Source: Ignavibacteriales bacterium | Lineage (GTDB): Bacteria > Bacteroidota > Ignavibacteria > UBA10030 > UBA6906 | Direction of reading: 5' to 3' | Length of the DNA stretch: 64,000 nucleotides | Assembly (NCBI GenBank): GCA_037441705.1 | Contig: JBBIRR010000016.1 | Location: forward strand, 10,904 to 74,903 | The notes under the pieces: generated by a model | What the model saw: only the letters and a program-made list of their open reading frames with translations | Databases searched by the model: none | What the model was told of the DNA's origin: nothing | Made by a program: the position numbers and the translations under genes | In this document: positions 30,078 through 38,400 of the stretch, one piece after another | How positions within the stretch are numbered: position 1 is the first letter of the stretch | How the letters are laid out: the number at the start of each line of letters is the position of its first letter

Positions 30078-32813
30078 TCAGTAGATGTCTCTCGCACTTT
30101 CCTGTTTCGTCACTTTGATGTCTTGAAGCTGAGGAGCCTTCAACCGAATCTCGAGTCGGTAGTTGCGATACGGGCCGGTCGGCACCCAGTTGAAATTCAT
30201 CTCCCAGCAATGCAAGTCCCTGTACACACTCACCTGCGGCGCAGCAAACTGCTTGGTCACGAGATCGTAGTTGGTGCTTGCCGAGATTTTCCAGAATTCC
30301 GTGAGATTGAAGCTTAACGCCGCCGCAATGTTCGCCTGGCGCAGCTTCACGCGCGGGTCGTGCTGCGACTGGGAGAAGTTGTAGGAAAGCTCCAGGTTCC
30401 AGGGGATACTGAAGTCCGGCAGCGGCTCATCGTACAGTTGCCGCGTTCCCGAGACGCGCCGCAGCGAGTCTTCGGCGGTGTGTGTCGGCCCAGCGGACGT
30501 CTTTTTCTTCTCGCCGCTCAGCGCCGTCGAAAGGCTGATGCTGAAGCTGGTCAGTTGTGCAAGCTGCCCCGTTTCGTTGATCAGAAATTTGTTGACGCGC
30601 CGTCCCACCTGAGGCTGCAGCGGATCAGGCTCGAACTTGTAGAGGTTGAAGCTCATTCCGCCGCTGATGTTGAGCAGCGTGCCGATGTTCGTTCGATAGC
30701 CGACACCAATCTCATCGAACTTGAGACTATCGCGGGCAAAATTGTAGCCGGCACGAACGTCAAAGTTCAGCAACTGAAACTTGTTCTCCTGGCCGGCCGA
30801 ATCCGTGCCTTCCGTTTTCATCTCGATCACGTTGCCGATACTCAACCCAATAGCCTGACGTTCCTCGCCCGGCGCGCCCCCGAAAATCTCGCGTTCAAAA
30901 AAACTATACTTCTGGACTCGACCAAACTGATCGGTATAGCGGCCGTAGTAGCCGTAGGAGGGCTTTGAAAAATCCGGTTGGTAGGTGTACGAAAGAACCG
31001 GCGTAACCTGATGGCGAATGCCTTTGATGCCGAGGATGTTGGGTTGAACAATCCCGTAAAACTTCGTGCTTGCCGCAACGCCCAGATCGAAATAGCGAAC
31101 GGCGTTGAAGCCCTTCACTTCTTCATCACGTATTTGATACGTTGTATCGAGCAGACCTCCGGTCGGATCATCACGCCTTCTGTCCTTGGTAACCACCTTG
31201 CGGATACTCTGCACAAGCGAACGACGAATACTCCTGTCATACCACTTCTCGGTGTAGTTGAAGAACGGCGTGATCGTGAAGTAGCCCAGCTTGGGCGACG
31301 CGTTTACGGCAAGCGCATGCTGCACACCGCGGCGCTCGTCAATGCGACGGAAGCCCGTGCTATCGGCTTTGTACGCGTCACGGCGATTTGAGAGCTGACC
31401 GTTGTACGTGTATCCGATTAACTCAAACCACGCCAGCGAGGAGCTGCCTTCCGAGGACTTCTTGCTGCGAAAGGGAAAGCTCTGCGCGCGACTGAAGCTG
31501 ATATTCGGCAACCCGTCGCTGATCTCTAACTCGCCGGGGCGCGGCTGGAGGCTTTGCTTCCGACTGACATTGATGGTAAGACTGTTCGGCGTTCCTTCCC
31601 AGGATTTGGTCAGCGTCGCGTTGGAGTAGATTTCCTGCCGCAACAGGTCATTCAACTGGTAGCTCACGTTCTGATAGTATGATGATCCGCTCGTGAATGT
31701 GAAATCCACGACCAGCCGCGTTGTGGGATTGAACTCCTGATTGTGCCCGAGATGGATGTTGAAGACTTTTTGGGATGAGAATGCCGGATCGCCGCGCTCA
31801 CCCGAAAGGGTTTTGGCGAGCGAAGCGCTGATGCTTCCGGTGAAGTTATAGCGGAGCGCGTAGCGGTAGTCGCCATACAGCACCCAGCTTCCTTTCGTGT
31901 AGCCATCCGCTCGCACGCTCAGGTCCATGTAATCGTTCATCGCCCAGTAATACCCGAAGTGCAGCAGATAGCGTCCGCGCCCGCTCTGACCGTAGGCCGG
32001 CGAGATGAAGCCCGAACGTCGGCCGCGCTGTGCCGGAAACACGCCGAACGGCAAGGCAAACACCGGCACATCCGAAACGTACAAATACACCGGCCGTCCG
32101 ACAATCTGATCCTGAAGGACGATCTTCATCTCGGGACTGGCAAAGTAATAATGCGGATGTTCGGCGTCGCAGGTCGTGTACTTGCCATCGGCAACGAAGA
32201 GAACATCCGTCGAGACCTTTTTGATTTCCTCGCCGCGATAGTACCCTTGCTCGATCTCGGTCCTGCCGACTTGTACCTTCCCCTTTTTTGTTTTGAAATT
32301 GTAGGCGATTTTCACGCCACGATAGGTCTCAGGGCCATCAATCAGATCGGGCGCGCCGCGCAATCCCGTCCCCGAGGTATCCGACGAATCGGGCACACCA
32401 ACCGCGTTGAGAATGGAGGTGTTCCAGTTGATGTCGATCAGCTCGGCTTTCAGTCCAAGGTCACGATACTTGATGTCACCCTTCCCGTACAGAAACATCG
32501 TCTTGGAGCTGAGAGAATAAACGATCGAGTCGGATGCGCTGTACACGACGATCGAGTCGATGCCCGAAGGAGACTCCCGCGCCTTGAGTGTGTCGGTCTT
32601 GGCCGTATCTGCCAGCGTCGTATCGGCAGCAAGGGCGAGAGTGTCCGGCTTGAGAGGAATCGGCTGCGGGGAATCACGCACTTGTGCCTTCATGCTGCCG
32701 GAAGCCGAAGCGACAACAAGGATCGTGAAGAATAGTCGGAAAGCCCCCCGTCGCAGCGGAAGGTTCCTCAAGCCTTCACCTTTCATTCGTGGTGATGCGT
32801 TGACACATTGCAC
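30078..32813 (-). CDS. lptD: Putative LPS assembly protein LptD (Bacteroidota type)
   Basis: YNFKTKKG, YTTCD...PHYY and RDLHCWEM.F.WVP..Y. Start may be 32786. Confidence 0.88.
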   Translation of the reverse strand: MQCVNASPRMKGEGLRNLPLRRGAFRLFFTILVVASASGSMKAQVRDSPQPIPLKPDTLALAADTTLADTAKTDTLKARESPSGIDSIVVYSASDSIVYSLSSKTMFLYGKGDIKYRDLGLKAELIDINWNTSILNAVGVPDSSDTSGTGLRGAPDLIDGPETYRGVKIAYNFKTKKGKVQVGRTEIEQGYYRGEEIKKVSTDVLFVADGKYTTCDAEHPHYYFASPEMKIVLQDQIVGRPVYLYVSDVPVFALPFGVFPAQRGRRSGFISPAYGQSGRGRYLLHFGYYWAMNDYMDLSVRADGYTKGSWVLYGDYRYALRYNFTGSISASLAKTLSGERGDPAFSSQKVFNIHLGHNQEFNPTTRLVVDFTFTSGSSYYQNVSYQLNDLLRQEIYSNATLTKSWEGTPNSLTINVSRKQSLQPRPGELEISDGLPNISFSRAQSFPFRSKKSSEGSSSLAWFELIGYTYNGQLSNRRDAYKADSTGFRRIDERRGVQHALAVNASPKLGYFTITPFFNYTEKWYDRSIRRSLVQSIRKVVTKDRRRDDPTGGLLDTTYQIRDEEVKGFNAVRYFDLGVAASTKFYGIVQPNILGIKGIRHQVTPVLSYTYQPDFSKPSYGYYGRYTDQFGRVQKYSFFEREIFGGAPGEERQAIGLSIGNVIEMKTEGTDSAGQENKFQLLNFDVRAGYNFARDSLKFDEIGVGYRTNIGTLLNISGGMSFNLYKFEPDPLQPQVGRRVNKFLINETGQLAQLTSFSISLSTALSGEKKKTSAGPTHTAEDSLRRVSGTRQLYDEPLPDFSIPWNLELSYNFSQSQHDPRVKLRQANIAAALSFNLTEFWKISASTNYDLVTKQFAAPQVSVYRDLHCWEMNFNWVPTGPYRNYRLEIRLKAPQLQDIKVTKQESARDIY

Positions 32814-32834
32814 TACGATGATCTCCGGTCTCTC

Positions 32835-34157
32835 TCAGCGTTTGCGCGAACGCCACCAAGCAAGCAGGCGTTCGCGAATCTTCTTCTCAGCTCCATGTTC
32901 CGTCGGACGGTAATAGACCCTCGCTTGCAGCCCATCCGGTAAATACTGTTGTTCGACGAAGTGACCATCAAAGTCGTGGCTGTACTTGTAGCCGCTGCCG
33001 TAGCCGAGATTGTCCATCAGACGAGTCGGCGCATTGCGCAGATGCAGGGGCACGGGTTCATTCGGCTTGTTCTTCACATCGGCCATCGCTTCGTTGATTG
33101 CGATGTAGGAAGCGTTGCTCTTCGGACACGAGGCAAGATAGGTTGCTGTTTGGGCAAGAACAATCCTTGCCTCCGGCATTCCGATAGCGTGAACGGCGGT
33201 GAAGCAAGACGTGGCAAGTGTAAGGGCGTACGGATCGGCGTTCCCAATGTCTTCCGAAGCGAGAATCACCATGCGCCGTGCGATAAACAACGGGTCCTCG
33301 CCGCCTTCGAGCATTCTGGCAAGCCAGTACACCGCAGCATCCGGGTCACTGCCGCGCACGCTCTTGATGAATGCCGAGATAAGACTGTAATGTTCCTCTC
33401 CGCCTTTGTCGTACTTAACGTATTTTCGTTGGAACGCCTCTTCGATTTCTTTCTTTGTCACAATACGACGACCGCTCGCGTCCGGCGTCGTCAGTCCAGC
33501 AGCGGTCTCAACTCCATTGAGCATGATGCGTGCATCGCCGGCAGAAAGGAGAAACAGGTAATCTCGGTCTTGCACCTCGACCTTCAGGGCGCGCAGTATC
33601 TCATCTTTGTGCAGCGCTCCCTCCAGTACGCGATCAAGGTCTGCGTTGCTGAGCGGTTCCAGGACATACACCCGCGTGCGGGAAAGCAGCGGGGCAATGA
33701 CTTCGAACGAGGGATTCTCCGTCGTGGCTCCGATGAGGATGATGACACCTTCTTCGACGGAATGCAGCAGCGCATCTTGCTGTGCCTTGTTGAAACGATG
33801 GATCTCGTCAATGAAGAGAATCGTTCGTTTGCCCAGGCGTTTCCTGTTGCGAGCGGCATGCTCCATCACCTCGCGCACCTCTTTCACGCCCGACGCAACG
33901 GCGTTCAGTTGAAAGAACGCAGCCTTCGTGTGGTGAGCAACAATGCGTGCCAGTGTCGTTTTGCCGCTTCCCGGCGGACCCCAGAAGATCATTGACGGTA
34001 CGCTGTCACTTTCGATCAGCGTGCGCAACGGCTTTCCTTCGCCCAGCAGATGGTTCTGCCCCACAAACTCGTCCAGCGTGTGCGGACGTACCCGCTCGGC
34101 CAGAGGAACGTGTGATGATGGTGGGGTTTCGTGAGGTGTGGGTTCGAAAAGTTCCAT
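32835..34157 (-). CDS. rarA: Replication-associated recombination protein A (MgsA/RarA AAA+)
   Basis: PLAERVRP, GPPGSGKTT, FIDEIHRFNKAQQD, GATTENP and ISAFIKSVRGSDPD. Confidence 0.95.
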   Translation of the reverse strand: MELFEPTPHETPPSSHVPLAERVRPHTLDEFVGQNHLLGEGKPLRTLIESDSVPSMIFWGPPGSGKTTLARIVAHHTKAAFFQLNAVASGVKEVREVMEHAARNRKRLGKRTILFIDEIHRFNKAQQDALLHSVEEGVIILIGATTENPSFEVIAPLLSRTRVYVLEPLSNADLDRVLEGALHKDEILRALKVEVQDRDYLFLLSAGDARIMLNGVETAAGLTTPDASGRRIVTKKEIEEAFQRKYVKYDKGGEEHYSLISAFIKSVRGSDPDAAVYWLARMLEGGEDPLFIARRMVILASEDIGNADPYALTLATSCFTAVHAIGMPEARIVLAQTATYLASCPKSNASYIAINEAMADVKNKPNEPVPLHLRNAPTRLMDNLGYGSGYKYSHDFDGHFVEQQYLPDGLQARVYYRPTEHGAEKKIRERLLAWWRSRKR

Positions 34158-34160
34158 GGT

Positions 34161-34229
34161 TTGCGAATTGCGGATTTCGAACGTGTGATTGCGGAGCTTA
34201 CTCCGCAACGAGGACGTCGCAATCCGCAA
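34161..34229. repeat. Degenerate heptamer array (TTGCGGA-like) with an inverted centre
   Basis: ttgcgaa ttgcgga tttcgaa cgtgtga ttgcgga | gcttac | tccgcaa cgaggac gtcgcaa tccgcaa. Confidence 0.7.
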
Positions 34230-34250
34230 TTATCAGAACATCACAAGGCG

Positions 34251-34592
34251 TCACTTCCGATTCACCTTGTAGACTGTTTCTCCTTCGCGGATCATCCCAT
34301 ACTTTTCGCGAGCAACTTTTTCTATTGCGCGGGGATCGCCTTCCAACGCCTTCACTTCTGCCTGCAGGCGTTGCTGCTCCAGCTCTGCCCGGCGGATTTT
34401 CTCCTGAAGCTCGGCTCGTTGCTGCAGGAGACGAACATGCGTGAGGATGCCGTGCGAACCGAACAGCAGGTACAGCACCACCGTGGCCGCAAGTCCCAAC
34501 CGAACCATGAAGCGTTTGTTCTTCAAAAGCTTCACCATGCGGTCGCGCAGCCGGGATCGCTTTTTCTCTCTCCGGTAGAAGGGGCCATCCAT
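34251..34592 (-). CDS. ftsB: Septum formation initiator FtsB/DivIC family
   Basis: TM helix, coiled coil and IEKVAREKYGMIREGETVY. Confidence 0.85.
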   Translation of the reverse strand: MDGPFYRREKKRSRLRDRMVKLLKNKRFMVRLGLAATVVLYLLFGSHGILTHVRLLQQRAELQEKIRRAELEQQRLQAEVKALEGDPRAIEKVAREKYGMIREGETVYKVNRK

Positions 34593-34659
34593 GACGCAAC
34601 AAATGTAGCAATTATTCGAAGGGCATGCAAACACCGGCATGGACATCCCCCACAAACAC

Positions 34660-34689
34660 CAAAGCCGAATCCGTAGAGAATTCGGCTTT
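34660..34689. terminator. Probable intrinsic terminator downstream of the 34712 lipoprotein gene
   Basis: AAAGCCGAAT-loop-ATTCGGCTTT inverted repeat. Confidence 0.55.
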
Positions 34690-34711
34690 GGCGTGGAAGC
34701 GGCTGAAACGC

Positions 34712-35854
34712 CTATCGCACCGTCGCTTTTGGCGGCAGCGCTACGGGGCGGAAACTCGTGTCCGCCGGGTTGGAGACACCATCACGAATAGTGTTCACGA
34801 ACGTAACCGCTTGAGTGGCGCCGTTGATGTCGTACACGTACCACTGGTTGCCGGCAACACCGGTTCGGATCCGATCCTCACGAATCAAACCCGCGGAAGT
34901 GTACACCCGCACGATCGCGTTGGAGGAATCCGACATGTAATGACTCCCCGTCGTGTTGCGATTGGAGTAGTCGTGAATCTTGTAGCGCAAAGTGCCAGGG
35001 AAGAACCGATAGATCGTGATCGTTTCCGGGCCGTACGAAGTCACGTCATCCACATCCAGATACGCAATGGTATCGCCGTTGGCAAAACGGACAACGCGGT
35101 TGGCATAGTACACGTGGTAACGAGGTCTGCCGGCGGTGGTTGTGCTGTCGCCTGTGAGATGGGAATCAAGATCGGACGGTTTCGCACCCCAGTTCAGCAC
35201 AATACGCATCTGGCCAGCAGGTACCGGTTCGGTGACCGTGGTGGTCAATTGCGTTGCCGTTGTGTCGTTCACAGTGGCTCCGGAGACCAGAGGAATGCGA
35301 CCCTGAGCGTAGATGGCATACACGTACGTGCCGATGGGCAGCGTGATGGTAAAGCGACCGCTGTTATCGGTAGTCAATGCCGGAAAACGATATCCGGTCG
35401 TATCGTTGTTCGTTCCCAGGAAGAACTGAACAGTTGCTCCGGAAATTGGAGACCCCGTGCGGGCATCGTTGACGACGCCGTTGATTCGCTGAGCGGCGAG
35501 AACCGTCGTCCCAACGTTGACCGACGTCTGTCCGGTCTGAATGTTCACCGACACATAGGACGTCGGATAGGTCGCGGCCGAAATGACGCCTGTGTATCGT
35601 CCGGCAGCGGAGACATTGGCCTGCCACTGTCCTGCTGCGTTGCTGGTCGCCGTTGCAGCCGGCGTTCCGGTCGTGGTCACCCCGGCAAACAATTGTACCG
35701 TCGCATTGGCGATCGCTTGTCCGCCGAATGTCTGCACGACGCCCGAGACAACGATGCCGCCTGCCGGTGTTGTTCCGCCGTCATCTTTCTTGCACGAGGT
35801 TATTCCGACAGAAAGAATGAGTGCCGCGCACAGGATGGAAAAGTACTGCTTCAT
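34712..35854 (-). CDS. Lipoprotein with two carboxypeptidase-regulatory-like beta-sandwiches and a YfaP/DUF2135-like C-terminal domain
   Basis: Lipobox ITSC; G.V....G..I..ATV repeats; RIVLNWG..PSDLDSH and LDVDD....GPETITI. SD AAGGGGAG. Confidence 0.7.
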   Translation of the reverse strand: MKQYFSILCAALILSVGITSCKKDDGGTTPAGGIVVSGVVQTFGGQAIANATVQLFAGVTTTGTPAATATSNAAGQWQANVSAAGRYTGVISAATYPTSYVSVNIQTGQTSVNVGTTVLAAQRINGVVNDARTGSPISGATVQFFLGTNNDTTGYRFPALTTDNSGRFTITLPIGTYVYAIYAQGRIPLVSGATVNDTTATQLTTTVTEPVPAGQMRIVLNWGAKPSDLDSHLTGDSTTTAGRPRYHVYYANRVVRFANGDTIAYLDVDDVTSYGPETITIYRFFPGTLRYKIHDYSNRNTTGSHYMSDSSNAIVRVYTSAGLIREDRIRTGVAGNQWYVYDINGATQAVTFVNTIRDGVSNPADTSFRPVALPPKATVR

Positions 35855-36137
35855 GATAATCTCCCCTTTTTGAGCTGGATGAGTGAAATGGTTTTGGGGC
35901 AATTCTGGTTGCCTTGCGCGCCATGAGTATACGAACTCCATCGGCAAGAAGCAAGTGAAAGAAGCACATTGTTGTTGCCGACAAGGATTCAACGAGAGAA
36001 GAAAGGCCGGACTTCGGAGGAGTTCGATGCTTGCATCGGTCGAGGCGACAAACAGTCATGAACTCCGCATCGAGTTCTATTACTGTGTTGAATTACTCAA
36101 CAGACATGGCCCCGAACAATCAATGATCCGTGGCGTC

Positions 36138-37274
36138 TCAGCGTCGGTACCACGGTTGAGCAGGATCGTACGAAGTGCGCAGCCGTCTCTTCTCCGATGA
36201 ACGCTCAAGCGCAAGCTGGATGAGACGATCAAGAAGTTCCGAGTAGCTGATCCCCGACGCCTCCCACAACTTCGGGTACATGCTGATGGAGGTGAAGCCG
36301 GGAATGGTGTTGACCTCGTTCAGGAAGATGCGGTTCGTATTTTTTACAACGAAGAAATCGACACGCGCCATGCCGGCCGCGTCGAGTGTCGTGAATGCTT
36401 TCCCTGCGAGCTGCTGCAATTTCTTCACAACTCTCGCCGGAAGTTTTGCAGGAATGATGGCTTGAGATTTTCCATCCACATACTTGGCGTCGTAGTCGTA
36501 GAACTCATTCGACGGAACAATTTCTCCCGGCACGCTTGCCATCGGATCGTCATTGCCGAGGACGCTCACTTCAATTTCCCGCGCGTTCCTGACACCCTGT
36601 TCAACAAGTATCTTCCGATCATACTCTGCAGCGAGAGCCAGCCCTCGAATCAACTCTTCTCGATTGTGCGCCTTGGTGATGCCGACACTTGAGCCGGTAT
36701 TGGCAGGCTTGACAAACACGGGGTAGCGCAGTGCCTTCTCGACCGCAGCCACAACTTTCTTCGGGTCAGCGGCGCAGACTTTCGAGAGAAACCACACGTG
36801 CTTGACAACGGGGAGACCCGCCTGCTTGTGCAGTTGCTTCTGGATCACTTTATCCATCCCCACCGCAGAAGCAAGCACGCCCGCTCCCACGTAAGGAATG
36901 TTTGCCAGCTCCAGCAGTCCCTGCAGCGTACCGTCTTCGCCGTATGTGCCGTGAACAACCGGGAAGATCACATCGACAGTCATCTCTGGGTGAACTTCAC
37001 CGTTGAGGGACACCAACGCTTTGCGTGTCGGCTCCGGAAGGAGAAATCGTTCAAGCTCGGGGCGAATTTCCGCTCCGGATTTGAGCATGCTCAGCGCCTC
37101 CGGCGAACTGACCCAACGCCCGTCCTTGGCGATGCCGATGGGCACAACGTCGTACTTCTTCTTGTCAAGAGCTTCTATGATGGATGTGGCAGAGACGAGC
37201 GACACTTCATGCTCGCCGGAGCGACCGCCGAAGATGACGCCGACGCGAAGTTTACTCTGGGATTGCTGGGTCAC
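36138..37274 (-). CDS. ddl: D-alanine--D-alanine ligase
   Basis: FGGRSGEHEVS, HGTYGEDG, VKPANTGSSVG, FYDYDAKY and NEVNTIPGFT..SMYP. GTG start. Confidence 0.96.
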   Translation of the reverse strand: MTQQSQSKLRVGVIFGGRSGEHEVSLVSATSIIEALDKKKYDVVPIGIAKDGRWVSSPEALSMLKSGAEIRPELERFLLPEPTRKALVSLNGEVHPEMTVDVIFPVVHGTYGEDGTLQGLLELANIPYVGAGVLASAVGMDKVIQKQLHKQAGLPVVKHVWFLSKVCAADPKKVVAAVEKALRYPVFVKPANTGSSVGITKAHNREELIRGLALAAEYDRKILVEQGVRNAREIEVSVLGNDDPMASVPGEIVPSNEFYDYDAKYVDGKSQAIIPAKLPARVVKKLQQLAGKAFTTLDAAGMARVDFFVVKNTNRIFLNEVNTIPGFTSISMYPKLWEASGISYSELLDRLIQLALERSSEKRRLRTSYDPAQPWYRR

Positions 37275-37279
37275 GGCCG

Positions 37280-37395
37280 TGGATTGGTTGTAATGGAGTG
37301 TTGGAGTGGTGGAGCGATGGAGTTTCGCGGTGATGGAGTCATAAGTATTGGAGTATTGGAGTATTGGAGTATTGGTGGAATGATGGATTGTTGGA
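37280..37395. repeat. Degenerate octamer tandem repeat (TGGAGTAT)
   Basis: tggagtgt tggagtgg tggagcga tggagttt ... tggagtca ... then three exact TGGAGTAT copies at 37349-37372. Confidence 0.85.
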
Positions 37396-38151
37396 TCAGG
37401 GGATTCCAAGCTCCTGAAGTTTCTGTGAGATGTACTGACGCAGCTCGGACTCCGTGAGTTCGGCGGCGGGCGCGTCGGGAATTTCGCAGGCAATCTTTGT
37501 TGAGAAGTCCTTGCCGTAGCTTTGCACGCTCACCCGGCGCAGCTTCTCGAGCTGCTCTTCCGTCAAGCTGCGGGCGCCGCCGAGAAGCGTTGCAACGAAG
37601 GTGATATGCGCGGCGTGTTCCACCTTTTCCATCTTGTAATACGCTTCATAGAGATCGCCGCCATACGTCACGACGCCGTGATTGGCTAAGAGAACCGCAT
37701 CGCTGTTGCTCACAAACGGCGCAAGCGACGCGGCCACCTCGCCCGTCGAGGGCGTCGCATAATCTGCCAGCGGGATTGCACCGAGGCCGACGATCACTTC
37801 GGGAAACGTACATTGGTCAAGGGCAATTCGGGCAGTGGCAAAGCCGGTCGCGTACGTCGGATGGGCGTGAACGACTGCCTGCACATCCGGACGCTTGCCG
37901 TAGATGAACAGATGCATGCCCAATTCCGTCGAAGGTCTCCCCGTCCCGGCCACCTGTGTGCCCTCCGGCGTCACCTCCACCAGATCATGTTCGCCAACAT
38001 CCCCCTTGTTGATGCCGGAACGCGTGGCGAGTATGTTGCCGTTCTCTAAGCGGACGCTGACGTTTCCGTCTGTCGCCGTCACCATCCCCCGCGCATACAG
38101 GCGACGGCAGACATCAACAATCTGTCGAACAACTTCGAGACGATGACGCAT
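37396..38151 (-). CDS. Class II aldolase/adducin family (FucA-like) with a C-terminal helical extension
   Basis: DGNVSVR, PSTELGMH, VVHAHP, LLANHGV and MEKVEHAA. Confidence 0.9.
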   Translation of the reverse strand: MRHRLEVVRQIVDVCRRLYARGMVTATDGNVSVRLENGNILATRSGINKGDVGEHDLVEVTPEGTQVAGTGRPSTELGMHLFIYGKRPDVQAVVHAHPTYATGFATARIALDQCTFPEVIVGLGAIPLADYATPSTGEVAASLAPFVSNSDAVLLANHGVVTYGGDLYEAYYKMEKVEHAAHITFVATLLGGARSLTEEQLEKLRRVSVQSYGKDFSTKIACEIPDAPAAELTESELRQYISQKLQELGIP

Positions 38152-38270
38152 GGTTTCTTGGCGAACACAGGGGTTGTTTCTTGAAAAAAAGAAAATCAAT
38201 TCCTCCCCAAGAATCAATCAACCGGAACGCGGTCACGCTCTGCCGCGCTCAGCCGTACGGTAGAAATTCT

Positions 38271-38298
38271 CGGCTTGCCGTCAGCCGACGGCAAGCCG
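38271..38298. repeat. Perfect GC-rich hairpin (REP-like or terminator)
   Basis: CGGCTTGCCGTC-agcc-GACGGCAAGCCG, a 12-bp perfect stem with no clear U-tract. Confidence 0.6.
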
Positions 38299-38400
38299 GA
38301 GTGAAGGAGTGGAAAATGGGTTATCCGAGGGACTATACCTGCGGAGGATCTCCACAAGGTCCGTGTTTTCCTCGAGGGAGCAGATTTGCATAGCTTCGGC

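Noticed and set aside
29926-30210. N-terminal extension of the 1162-aa ORF, and similar extensions of ddl, rarA, the 7TM-HD gene and the M1 peptidase
   Set aside because: They overlap neighbouring genes or repeats. Downstream starts with an SD or signal peptide fit better.
37280-37395. Possible CRISPR array
   Set aside because: The units are 8 nt with no unique spacers, and there are no cas genes in the window.
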